The notes under the pieces: generated by a model
The model's input: the letters and a program-made list of their open reading frames with translations, nothing else
The model's database searches: none
Told to the model about the DNA's origin: nothing
Translations under genes and position numbers: made by a program
Shown here: positions 1 to 12,210 of the stretch, piece after piece
How positions within the stretch are numbered: position 1 is the first letter of the stretch
Layout: every line of letters starts with the position of its first letter
NCBI RefSeq assembly: GCF_020745735.1
Contig: NC_083424.1
Location: 48,532,999 to 48,596,998 of the forward strand
Length of the DNA: 64,000 bases
Reading direction: 5' to 3'
Origin: Hemiscyllium ocellatum
Taxonomy: Eukaryota

Positions 1-704
1 GGTTTCCAATATAGGTATTTTGAGGGTGCTATTGTGATATTATTGTATAATAGAGATGCATTGGTTTTCAAACAACTACTATTTAGAGGTAATGGGTTTC
101 TGTTCAATTAGAAGGTGTGACACTGTGATCGCAACGCCATTCCCAAGCAGTGCATTTTGAATGTGCTAGAACAGCCTTCTCAAGGTGTCCAGAATAGATT
201 ACAATGAAGTGAGGTCTGGGAACATTGTGGGGAGTCTCATGGAGGTGAACAAAGCAACAAAATGGGTTACAAAGCAATGCAACTATGGGGCCAATTTGTA
301 ACCCTTCCATGAATCGAATGTTTTTGAGTTAAATATTGCAGCACGTTTCCTGTTAGCATTAGTTTATGCCAAATTCCAATGTATTGCTTGTTACATTTAG
401 TTTAAATACGCGGTTTATTTAGCGCCCTTGTACTTCAATTTGATTGAATTTCCTCTCCAGAATATCCATGCGGGTCTTGCCATGTTAAAAACGAGAATAA
501 TCTCTTAGGTTAGGGCTTGTTAGCATGGTCAGCCGCAATGGTTGCATTATTAACCTAGATGTCGCACAGCTTAACTAAGTTCTTCAGAAGTTTGCAGAGT
601 GACATAAAATCTTCAGTATTTGAAAAAATGTGAGACGTTGGTACCGACCTGTATAAGTGGATAATTAATAATTGGATATTCTGAGACTGGTTTCTATTTT
701 TCAG

Positions 705-1062
705 ATCCGCGGGGCTCCGTTCTTCCACTTTTATTGTTTCAAATCACACAGAAGAACACGGTGACCCTGGTGTGTTTGGAGAGCTGTTTTAACTCGGGCG
801 CAGTGGAGATTGTAGATGGCAGTATCGGGGGAATGGTGTAGAGACCAGTCGAATCCAGTCCTGATGAAGGGCTTTTGCCCGAGACGTCGATTTTCCTGCT
901 CCTCGGATGCTGTCTCACCTGCTATGCTTTTCCAGCGCCATTCTAATCTAGACTCTGATTTCCAGCATCTGCAGGACTCACTTTTGTCCAGCAGGAGACA
1001 GCCAACACTTTCAGTGTGAGCCCAAAGAGCGAATAGATATCATGAAGTCGAGCTGTGCTTGA
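705..1062 (+). pseudogene. Ig light-chain (lambda-type) constant-region pseudo-exon 1
   Basis: Acceptor ttttcag at 698-704, then (D)PRG-SVLPLLLFQITQKNTVTLVCLESCFNSGAVEI, homologous to the intact C at 51791. Lesions: 9-nt deletion near the 5' end, loss of the conserved Trp codon, a -1 frameshift with TAG, a 128-bp insertion (859-986), and a large 3' deletion removing the second domain Cys. Ends in the remnant ..IDIMKSSCA-TGA. No V-J upstream within the window. Confidence 0.92.
859..986 (+). mobile_element. Penelope-type short tail element (hammerhead-bearing) inserted in C pseudo-exon
   Basis: Matches the 3' tail of the Penelope element at 38880-39010. Flanked by TCCAG at 854-858 and 987-991; the paralogous exon at about 39898 reads uninterrupted ggatccagcaggag. 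Confidence 0.85.
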
Positions 1063-3379
1063 TTGAAACAGCTCATGTTTTGATTATTTTATGCGAGCTG
1101 CAAATTTTCTTTAAAATTAACTATGTTGTAAAGTAGACCATTTCGAACGCGACAGTTTGCAGTTTGTTAGCGGAGTCGAGCTGTGTGCATTTTACAGTAT
1201 GCTCATGCTGACTGGGTCAACATATCAACGTGCAAATACTGGCAGATTAATAAAAATGAGTATTCGTTGTCCCAGCTGTTGCTAGAATTTTCTATGCACG
1301 AAAGATGATGCCACTCAGTAATGTCTAGTTGTGGCGACTCGTGAAGCTTAATTTTTGTAACATTTTGCGCTTTTTATTAGTAATTGCTCTTAGTTAATTA
1401 CTTCCAACATATTTTCAAAGACAGAGCTATCTCTATCTTTTGTGATGCAGTGGCAGCGTCCCTACCTCTGGGTTAGAAGGCCCAGCTTTAATTCCCACCT
1501 GATCATCTCTGCATAGGTTGTTTAGAAAACATCTCCAAGTTAGACCTGGTTAAATCTTATCCTTATGGAATCAGGGGTCAACTTTTTCTCCAGGTTTAGC
1601 AAAGGAATTCACAAACCTTAATACCAATGCTCTGGGCATCAAGGACCACGGTCAGTGCAGTTTTTGGGATTGCAGTTTGTCATAAGATTTGTCTGAATGA
1701 ATTGATCCGACAGGGTGTCGGGTGCACACCAAGAGCAATCAGTTGCGTCAGTAGTGCAGCCAGTGTGGTCACAGAAATCGCTGAAAACAATTTACATGAA
1801 ATGACATTTCCAGCACTTAACCCTATTGGAAAACCTAAAATAACAGATAATTTAAGTAGTAAGCAGTAATTGTTCCTGTATGGTTACAACCCATAAACAT
1901 ATCCTTGAAAAAGGCAAATCCAGAAAAATAGATTGCCCCACATGCAGTTCTCCTGAAATCAGATCCACTATTCCTGGAATTATCACAATTTTGAAATGAT
2001 TTAATTAAACAATCCAAAACCCCCTGTTTACTTAACTGATTAACTCAGGTTAAACGAAAACACTTACGAAGTTTCTACACATGGCAACAAAAATAATTTC
2101 ACTATGAAAAAAGTATTTTATTCATAGGCAATTAGAATCTAGAACTACAAACTTACAGAAGCTAAGTCAGTGCTGACATAATGGACTGAAGGGCCTCTCT
2201 GTGCTGCATGACTCTACCCCTTTAAAGTTCCTTCTTTTACGTATAAACAAAGGCGTGGATACTCATGGTCGAAAAGAAAATAAAAATTCAAGGAAAAGTA
2301 TTTAATAGCATGAGACTGGGCCACAGAGGAGTTGATGAGTGATGTTAACTTAATTGATGAAGACGTGTGTGTTTTTGAATGTTATACCTACTGTTTTGCG
2401 TTAACAAGTCAGCTTTCAATCTAATTTCACACACGTACATCACTGCACCACTTTGCATGGATTGCATGATGTTGTATATTACCCAAATTTTGAAAAGTTG
2501 TGAAGACCTCTAACTATTTTCCATTCTACATAGTGCCTTTCTATGAAACACAAATCAATTACCTGACTTTATGGCACTTACTAAACTCTGAAGAAAAAAT
2601 ATGCACTCATTGAAAAAGGCAACGTACTTATATGCAATAATATTTGAGAAGAATTGAGCTGATGTGTCAATACCTGATATCACATCCCTAAGAAAAAAAT
2701 GTTCTAACACTGTATTAGTTGATTTAAATCTTAACAGCCATAAGTAATGTATGATATATTTTCAGAAACTGGGTGTGCATTATAATAGTCAAGAGAGATG
2801 AGAGTAACTGCAACAGCTCACAGTAAAGAGATAATGAATAGCTTGGCTCAAAGGTGTTGACATTCAGTGATAATGATGGACGAAATTCTTCTCACATAGG
2901 TTTCCAAGGGCAGTAGATTTTGAACATACATGGCTTAGCAGCAACAATTAAGCCAGTTTCTAGTGAAAAGATCGATTTTAAACAGTGATCAACAAATCAT
3001 AATATGGTCGATATATCAAATTTCCTGTCAAAGCCTGAACTTATTGTTGGTAAGAGCAGTAATAATCAATTTGTCTTCCTGTGCAAAAAAGGTTATAACA
3101 ATGAAAATAACCACGCTTGCTGTATGGAGAACAATGCTACATAAATTCAGGGGACTGATCTTTCGAATGTATGTTACACTACCTCCATCACATTAAAAAC
3201 AATGTGTTATACTAAAAGGTAAAATAGCTTGACATAATGTTCTTTAAACCCAAAAGATGCCCCCTACAGGATTACAATGCAAGTCCACCCCAAGGTATGA
3301 TCAGAGGAATGTTGCACTTGCATAATGTACATAATATTTTCACTGAACAAGATCACACATTTTGCAACTGGAATCAGAC

Positions 3380-3620
3380 AGGACACCTAAATAAATTCAG
3401 GCCCCTTATTTCCAGTCCAATTTGTTCTTTTCTATGTCAGCTTCAAATCTTACTCCAGAATATTGAGTTGTCAGTCCTGCCCCACCATCAACTGTCTCAA
3501 TTATATCAATTATATCATATCCCCAAATACTAATCAATACCCTCATCTCCTCTGCGTAACTCACGAGTCTCTTTGCATTAAAAAAAATGCGAACCTTTGC
3601 CGTGCTTTCTTGAGTATATA
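3380..3620 (-). mobile_element. CR1 LINE endonuclease N-terminal fragment
   Basis: ORF 3406-3657 contains FFNAKRLVSYAEEMRVLISIWGYDIIDIIET, matching the CR1 APE motif NARS..EL......YDIIAITETW. Confidence 0.65.
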
Positions 3621-3654
3621 TGATTTTCTTTCCAGACTGATTTATTTCATACAA

Positions 3655-4838
3655 CACAGAGCATTATAGCGCAGTACAGGCCCTTCAGCCCTCGATATTG
3701 TGCTGCCCTGTGAAATCAATCTGAAGCCCATCTAACCTAGACTATTCCATTCTCATCCCTATGCCTATCCAATGACTATTTAAATGCCCTTAAAATTTGC
3801 GAGTCTACAACTGTTGCAGGCAGCGCATTCCACACCCCTACTACTCTCTGAATAAAGAAACTATCTCTGACATCTGGCCTATAGCTATCACCCCTCAATG
3901 TGAAGCTATGCACCTTCATGTTAGCTATCACCATCCAAGGAAAAAGGCTCTCACTGTCCACTCTTTGTAACACTCTGATTATCTTATATTTCTCAATAAA
4001 GTCACCTCTCAACCCTCTTCTCTCTAATGAAAACAACCTCAAGTCCCTCAAACTTTCCTCATAAGACTTTCCCTCCATTCTGGACAACATCCTAGTAAAT
4101 CTCCTCTGAACCCTTTCCAAAGCTTCCACATCCTTCCTATAATGCAGTGACCAGAACTTTATCAATACGCCAAGCCTGGCCGCACCAGAATTTTGTACAG
4201 CTGCAGCATGACCTCATGGTTCCGAACTTGGTTGCTCTACTAATAAAAGCTAACACCCTGTATGCCTTCTTAACAGCCCTATCAACCTGGGTGGCAACTT
4301 TGAGGGATCTATGTACATGGAACACTGAGATCTCTCTGTTCATCTACTCTAACAAGAATCTTACCATTTGTCCAGTACTCTGCATTCTTGGTGCTCCTTC
4401 CAAAGTGAATCACCTCACACTTTTCTGCATTAAACTCCATTTGCCGCCTCTCAGCCCAGTTCTGCAGCTTATGTATGTCCATCCATAACCTACAACATCC
4501 TTCAGCTCTATCCATAACTGCAATGACCTTGGTGTCATTCACAAATTTACTAAACTATCCTTCTACACCCTCATCCAGGTCATTTATAAAATGACAAACA
4601 GCAGTGGACCCAAAAGAGATCCTTGCAGTTCACCGCTAGTAACTGAACTTCAGGATGAACATTCCCATCACCCACCAGCCTCTGTCTTCTTTCAACCAGC
4701 CAATTTCTGATCCAAACCACTAATCGCCTTCAATCCCATGTGTCTGTAGTTTCTGCAGTAGCCTACCATGGGGAACCTTTTCAAATGCCTTACTGAAATC
4801 TACATACACCACATCAACGGCTTTACCCTCTTCCACCT
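3655..4838 (-). mobile_element. CR1 LINE 3' fragment (RT C-terminus and 3' UTR), decayed
   Basis: ORFs contain VDVVYVDFSKAFEKVPHGRLLQKL, QMEFNAEKCEVIHFG and FWSLHYRKDVEALERVQRRFTRML, all diagnostic CR1 RT motifs. Confidence 0.93.
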
Positions 4839-4839
4839 G

Positions 4840-7800
4840 TTTGGTCACCTGTTGCGGCACACTTGTGAGAAAATCCAAGGGGATCTGCTCCATTACAATC
4901 TTCTGCCAATCCGACAGGCCCGGGGAATTTTTGGATGTCCAACCTAACAAGATATCCTTTCTTGCACAGAAAGTGGGGATGTTGAAAAATTTTCCTGATG
5001 CACATCAACAAGAAACACAGGTATGCAGGCCACGAAGAAGAGAGTTCAGATTCTTCTCCACCCTTACACCCAAAATCCCCTCCATTGCACCCGTCACAGT
5101 GCTCCAGTATGTTTGAAGCCTATCATAGGACCAGAGACAATGGGTAAGAGTCACCGGACTAACTTTACACTTGGGACATGTTGAAGATACCCCTGGTTTA
5201 AGTTTTGGCAAACAATCCAGAGCCAAGTGAACCCTGTGAAGAATCTTCAACTGTAAAGCATGGGTTCCATTGTAAATTGATATCTTTCTTGCCAATTATC
5301 TTCCCATGTCTCTGAGGAGACATCAATACCTTACTCTCTCTCTCATAACCTGCAGAGTTGATCAAACTCATCTGAAAACCTGCCTCCTCCTCCCCCCCCC
5401 TTCCCAACTGATGATATAAAGTGTCAATAGAAAATGTACTGAGACAAAGCTTCTCACTGTGCCTCGGTGCACGTGACAATAAATTCGATTCAGTTCAATT
5501 CAATTCAATACTCTTCACACTGAGCACACTATCGGATTTGTAGGGATCAGTCAAAAGTCTAGTCTTTATATGAAACTTGAAAAAAGCAAAAGAGGTGTCG
5601 GTTATGTAGCTCATGTTTCTGTGCTAACTGAACAAAGGACATCATTGTGTCTCCCTCAAATAAATCACCTATGCAAGGCACACCTCCAGCTGCTCAATGT
5701 TTGAATTCTGATTCCATCATCCCTGGTTGAAAACCTGGCATACCTACTACAGGTGCAAAAAAAAATGTTTTCCCAATATTGCCTTCCCTCTGCCGAATTG
5801 CCCTCCAAGCTGTAACAATATTGGTAACTATTGGATTGTGGCAATATTCCTTAATTGTCCTCATTTTGTCCAAAAACAGCAAGCTCGTCAGGGGGCATCT
5901 TGCCTGAGAGGTTTCAATATCTAAGCATATTGAAAGAGGGTCCCCAAAAGCCCAATTACTCACATAAGATAATAGCAAGCTTCGTTGATGGTTTTAATGT
6001 CTGGGAGATCTACTCCCCCCAGTCTGTGAGGCAATTGCTGTTTGGTTAATTTAATAAGGTGGTGCTTGCGATGCCAAACAAAAGAGCTGAACCAGCCATT
6101 CAGTCTCCTGAACGTTTGCTTATTGAAAATCAAGGGAAGCATCCACACAGGGTACAACAAACGGGGGAGAACATTTATCTTAATAAGCACTATCTGACCT
6201 AACCATGAGACCCGAAGCACCTCCCATCTTTGAAGGTCTTGTTTGATTTTGTCAAATAATTGAACAAAGTTAGCTTTAAACAACTGATCAAGAATTGGAC
6301 TAATGAATATACCCAAATCCATAAAACCCCACTCTGACCACTTAAATGGGAATCGAGATTCACCCTCAACACCTAGCTCCTTTGTAAGACCACCCATAGG
6401 CATAGCCTCTGGTTTTTCAAAATTACCCAAAAAGGTGCCAAACAAGTTGATGCATTCTATCAGGTGAGGCACTGAAACTGCTGGATTTGTCAAAAAAAAA
6501 GAACATCACCAGCGTACAAGAAAATCTTATGTAAATTTTGACCCCACGTCTGGAGCTGATAAATTAGGTTCCCCACGTATGGCCTCTGTCAATGGTTCAA
6601 TCACCAATGATTGCCTGATTGTACCCCATTGGTGATGATTGCAGCGAGAGAGTGATTGTAGAGAACCTTTACCCAAACTATGAAGGCTTTGCCGAAGCCA
6701 AATTGCTCCAGAGTATATTAAAGATACGGCTACTAAACTTGGTCAAATGCCTTCTCTGCATCTAGAGAAATCACCTTACCCTGTATTGACTGTTGTTGAC
6801 TTGCTTGAATTAAATTAAGCAGCCCCTAAACATTATTGGAGAATCTGCGGCCCTTTATAAAGCCCGTCTGAGCCTCTTTAACAATAGAAGGTAACACAGT
6901 CTCCAGCCTTAATGCAAGAGTCTTCGAGAGGATTTTTAAGTCCACATTTAAGAGTGAAATGGGCCTGTAAGAAGCACAGTCCACCGGGACTTTCCCTTTT
7001 TAAAGAATAAGCGAAATATTAGCCCTTCTGAGAGATGGCAAGAGACAATCATGACTGTACAAGTCATTGAACGTGCTGAACACTGGGGCCTGACAATATG
7101 TTTATAAATTCCTTATAGAATTTGCTGAGATGCCCATCAGGACGGGGCGCCTTTCCACTTTGAAGCTGCTTCACATCTTCCTGCACCTCTTGTTCTGATA
7201 AGGGGGCATTGAGAAAAGACTCTTGTTCATGGGTCACACCCAGGAGCTCCAGATCCTTGAAAAAAAACTCCATCTTGGCCCGCATCTCCTCACAACCCTC
7301 AGACTGGTATAATTCAGACTAAAATCTCTGGAATGCCACATTGATTGTTTTGGAATTACATGTTAGGTTCCCACGCTATTCCCTAATCAACGTAATGACT
7401 TGAGTGGCACTCCTTTCCCTGGTGAGATATGCTAGGTACTTGCCCGGCTTGTCATCAGTCTCATATACTCTTGGGTTTGAGGAAGTAAGCTCCTTCTTTG
7501 CTGTCTGCATGACTACGGAATTCAATGCAGTCCGCAGCACCAAATTCCTCTGTAGCTTGGCCAATGAGGGCCTGTCATTGTCAGCCTTCTTGGCTGCTTG
7601 TCACGGCGGTCAGAAAGAAAGTCAATCCTGGTGTGGCATCTGTGTGGATTGGAAAACAAACATATAATCCCTGCCTGGAGAGTGGAGATGACTCCAGACG
7701 TCCACCAACTCTAACTTCACACACAGATCCACTAGTTGTTTTGTTTGTATAGACAACATCAAGGTCTTTGGGCAACCTGTCTACATTGGATCCATAAAAC

Positions 7801-9812
7801 AATTAAAATCGCCCCCTATAATGACATGCCAGGACTCGAGACTGATCAGTTTAGACAACGCATTGATCACAAATTTGAGGGGATGGGCCGAAGGGCAATA
7901 GACACTTAAAATACCATATTCTACCCCGTTTATCAGGGCTTTGAGGATTGCAAACCTCCTGTGTGTGTCTTTAACACACTTTCATAACATAAATGGGAGC
8001 GTCCTCTGAACCAATATAACCATTCCCTACTTCTGGTATTAAAAAAATGAAAAATAAACCCGATCAAAGCCATTCTGCTGTAGTTTCAAATGATCCCTAT
8101 CATCCAAATGTGTCTCCTGTAATAAAGCAATATCCACCCATTCCTTTTTAAGACTAGAAAGTACTTTCTTCCTCTTAATTGGTGAGTGACTCTGCTTAAT
8201 GTTCCAGGTACACCAGCTAATCAAGTCATTAGACATAATCTTCTGCGTAACATTTAGAGTCCAGAGAGGAGGAACTCGAATTACAAATCGCCGAGCCTTT
8301 GTGTTGCAAGATTCATCAAACATAAAAACTATATAAACTAAACCCACTACAGTTAACAAACCTACAAAGCTATCAAAGATTATGTACAACAAAAACCAAA
8401 ATAAAACCAACATATAAAGCACCAGTGGCACTGAATAGGGGAACTCACCCCCTGCCCAAAGGGCACATCTATGCATCCCAGAAGCCAACTTCCCATCCTG
8501 CTGCCAATACTGCAGCCAGACCATTTAAATACCTGAACCAGGCATAAACTGCCCATAAATAAGCATCTAGCCATCCCAACCCTTATCCCTCCTCCTAGCT
8601 AGAGTTGCGCCACAAACACAAGCAGAAAAGAAGGAAAATACGCTATGAAACAACAATATGAACAAAGACATGTAGACAAGAAAGGGTAAGTTACCCACTC
8701 ATCCTTTGGTATAACAACATAGAAATTGTATGTACACATCCCAACTGACCTCAAACATAGTTTAGACCAGATTATTACCAATAAGAAGAACAGGTAAAGA
8801 AACCTCCTCTTTTTTTTGAAGAAAAACAACACCACTATTTGTCCATACTAAATTGTTTAAATTAAGTTAATTGGTCCAGAAAGTCTCTTGCCTTCTTGAA
8901 CATGTCAAAGAGATGTACAGATCCATCTAAGGTGATCCAAACCAACGCCAGATATCTCTCTGTCTTCTCTTGACACTGTCATAGGAGTTTCTTTTCTGGA
9001 TCACTGCCATTGAGAAGTCCTGAAAGAACGTAATCTTACAGACCTCGTAAGCTAGGGCTTTTGGATCCCTCCCCTGGATCTGGAAGCTTTCACAACTCTC
9101 TCGGTATCTGTATAGTGATGAAACCGCACCAAGATAGCAAGAGGACGTTGGTCCAGACCTGACTTCCACGCCATGACCCGGTGAGCCCTCTCAATTTTCA
9201 AACCTCGCATTTCAGCCTCCAAGTTATGAAATTTCGGCAAGCGTCCTCAACAAAATCCACCAGCTGCTCACCTTTCTTATCCGCTGGCAGACAGACAATC
9301 TGATTATTTTTTCTTCTGCCACTGTTCTCGAGGTCATGAACATGGTCAAGCAACCTACAGACCTGCGTCTCCAGGGCCTGGATCACATCCTTGAAGGAAC
9401 TGGTAGCAGTTTCCATCACTGCAACTCTGTAGTCTACCTGCTCCGTCCTACTCTCCAGCTGCTGTTCATGCTTCTGCAGCATGATAGAGATCAGGGCCAG
9501 CTACTCCTCTATCTGCTTGCCCAACATCTCAAGAGATTCCATGAGCTCCTTCATCAGGACTCATAAGAAATTGAGTCCAAGGGTCCTGCAGCATGGGCCA
9601 CGGGCCAGCATTGGACATACTTCCTCCTTTCTTTGGAATCCCTCGACTGCAAAAACCAAGGTAGATTGCTCACTGACCATTTCCCGGAGCTCCACGATCT
9701 TTCCAGTGTCCCAAGATATCACGGTGGTCTGGGTACAGTGGGTGAGGACTTCGTCCTACTGGCGATGCTGGGCAACATGATCTTCCGAGAGAGCCGCCAT
9801 TTTGGATTCCTC
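4840..9812 (-). mobile_element. Near full-length decayed L1/Tx1-clade LINE (5' end, ORF1, ORF2 EN-RT-Cys domain)
   Basis: ORF1 pieces (GLKIERAHRV..RPLAILVRFHHY, 8927-9482), endonuclease start (SWCTWNIKQSHSPIKRKKVLSSLKKEWVDIALLQETHL, about 8200-8040), RT pieces with the catalytic motif decayed to YAGD (about 6505-6520), and C-terminal LQLKILHR..CPKC..TLTHCLWS (5005-5295). AAAATGGCG at the 5' end (9803-9795). Confidence 0.9.
5400..5510 (+). mobile_element. Short LINE 3' tail (Rex1/Babar-like) with (TTCAA)n end inserted in the L1
   Basis: cactgtgcctcggtgcacgtgacaataaa followed by ttcaa repeats; it interrupts the L1 ORF2. Confidence 0.55.
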
Positions 9813-10640
9813 GTCTGGTCATCTTTAACAATGGAAAGCAACAGAGTTTCCAATCTTAACGCAAGAACCTTGGACAAGATTTTAAAATCAGAAATTAAAA
9901 GTGAAATGGGTCTATAGGAGGCACATTCGTCTGGGGTCTTCCCTTTCTTAAAGATAAGAGAAATATTAGACTCTTTTAATAATGGCGGGAAGCAATTGTG
10001 GCAGTAAAAGTAATTATACATGTCTAACATCAGCCCAGACAATCCATTTATAAATTCTTTGTAAAACTCACTAGGAAGACTGCCAGGGCCAGGCACCTTC
10101 CCACTCTGCATCTGCTTCACAGCCTCCTGTACTTCTTGCACTGATAAAGGGGCATTAAGGAAAGACACCTGTTCAGGGGTAACATCTGGAAGATCGAGGT
10201 TCTTAAAGAAGGATTCCATCTTAGCCCATCCATCCTCACAATGTTCAGTCTGGTATAGTTCCAAATAAAATTTCTGAAATGGAGCATTAATATCTGTAAA
10301 ATTGCAAGTGACAATTCCTGTCCTGTCCCTAACTGGGGTAATGGATTGGGGAGCATTCTTTCTCCTGCCAAGATATGCTAGTTCCCTGTCCGGCTTGTCA
10401 CCATGCTCAAACAGTCTTCGTTTTTCAAAAGAAAGTTCCTTCCTTGCTATTTGAGTGATCATGGCATTCAAGGTGGACCAGCGAGCTGTAACCCACTGCA
10501 GCTTAGCCAGCAATGGCCTATCAAAATATGCCTTCTTGACTGTCCTTAGTCATGCCTCAAGCAGGCCTCACTGCCCCTGCTTCTGTCATTTCTGACCGGC
10601 AGAATAAGAAAAAATGATCCCCATCATCAGCCTTAGCAGT
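9813..10640 (-). mobile_element. Second L1 ORF2 fragment (linker to RT N-terminus)
   Basis: ORF 9719-10513 (RLFEHGDKPDRELAYL..FLNAPLSVQEVQEAVKQMQSGK..YRPISLL..KILSKVLALRLE..DDQT) covers the same ORF2 region as 7064-7564, so it is an independent copy. Confidence 0.88.
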
Positions 10641-11530
10641 CTCCCAAAGAATTGATGGGTTACTGTCCGTGTGTGCTCAGCAAGCGTATCTTCCAGTGAA
10701 CAGGAAGGACTGTCAGAAAAAGGGTAACCTGCCATGGGTATCTAAGGAAATAAGGCAGGCTCTCACATTGAAAGAGAAGGCATGCAAAGTGGCCAAGAAC
10801 AGCAGGAAGTTTGAAAATTTGGTAAATTTAAATGCCAAAAGAAAGCCACAAAAAGAGTTGCATGGAAAAGTAAGATAGAACATGAGAGAGAAAAAATCTA
10901 GCACAGAATATAAAGGCAGATAGGTAAGTTTCTATAAATATGTAAAACGAAAAAGAATGGCTAAAGTAACTATTGGTGTCTTAGAGGATGAGAAGAGGGC
11001 ATTTAGTTCTGGAGTTTGATGAAATGGCTAAGGCATTGAACAGGTATTTTGTATCAGTCTTCATCATGGAAGACAGTAATAACATGCCAGAAATTGACAA
11101 AGAGATGAAGGATGTGAAAAACAAAATTCTATTTGCCTTCTTAATTACTTGTACCTGCAGACCAACCCTCTGTGATTCATGCTCAATGGCACCTAGGTCC
11201 CTCTACATAACAGCATGTTGCAACTTTTACTCTTACTCCTGCCAAAATGGATTGCTTCACATTTATTCAAAAGCAGAAAGGTTATGTTGCAGCTGTATAG
11301 GTGACGATGAGGCCACACTTGGAGTACTGTGCGCAGTTTTGGTCTCCTCACTTGAGAAAAGATATACTGGCATGACAGGGGGTGCAGAGGAGGTCCACTT
11401 AGGTTGATTCCAGAGTTGAAGGGTTGGTTTATGAGGAGAGACCGAGTAGACAGGGATTATATTCATTGGAATTCAGAAGAATGAGAGGGGAACCTTATAG
11501 AAACATATAAAATCATGAAGGGAATAGATA
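10640..11530 (+). mobile_element. CR1 LINE fragments
   Basis: LPWVSKEIRQ and EMAKALNRYFVSVF motifs, followed by a region matching the YRxLVRPHLEYCVQFWSP segment. Confidence 0.8.
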
Positions 11531-11789
11531 GTGATGTTCTCACTTGATCGAAGTCATGCTCTGTGGACTGCATTTCAAATCCTGCCATGGTAAATTTGAA
11601 TCTCAATGTAGATCTAGAATTAAGAGTCTCATGGTAGCTCTTGTCAAGATAATTATTCATTGGGTTCACTAAGACCTTTTAGGAGAGGACACTGATGTTC
11701 ATACCCAGACTGGTCTGCATGTGACCGCAGACTCACAGCAATGTAATTGATTCTTAACTATAAACACTGGCCAGTTCACTGGCCACTTG

Positions 11790-12210
11790 GGTATTTCCTT
11801 TCTTCCTGGTGGTGGAAACTGAATAAAGATTCGTGCACCTTGTGTCTTTCACTGTATCTCACACTTGCACACACAACATGGGTGGGGGGGGGGCGGGGGA
11901 ACATAAACAAGGGAAGCACGTGGTGTCCATCAACACCCTGGAGTTGTTCAGGGAGAAGTGGGCGCCGCAGGGAGTGGATTGTATTATTTCCCCGTCCAAT
12001 TCTATTTTGATTTAATCCCTGTCCCCGCCCCCCCTTCACTGTTTGATCACACAGCATTGCCCTTTGATGTGAAGGGCACTGCTTGTCACTGACCACTCGG
12101 GTGTTTCCTTTCTTCCTGGTGGTAGAAATTTGAATAAAGATTCGTGCACCTTGTGTCTTTCATTGTGTCTCACACCTGCACACACACAACATGAGTGCTG
12201 GGGAAAACAT
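11790..12210 (+). repeat. Direct duplication of an approximately 115-bp unit within a dispersed repeat
   Basis: ttcctttcttcctggtggt..gaataaagattcgtgcaccttgtgtctttca..cacacaacat occurs at about 11794-11900 and 12104-12210. Confidence 0.85.

Noticed and set aside
9719-10513. 264-aa ORF as a possible host gene
   Set aside because: It is an L1 ORF2 fragment reading through into the 5' end of a neighbouring L1.
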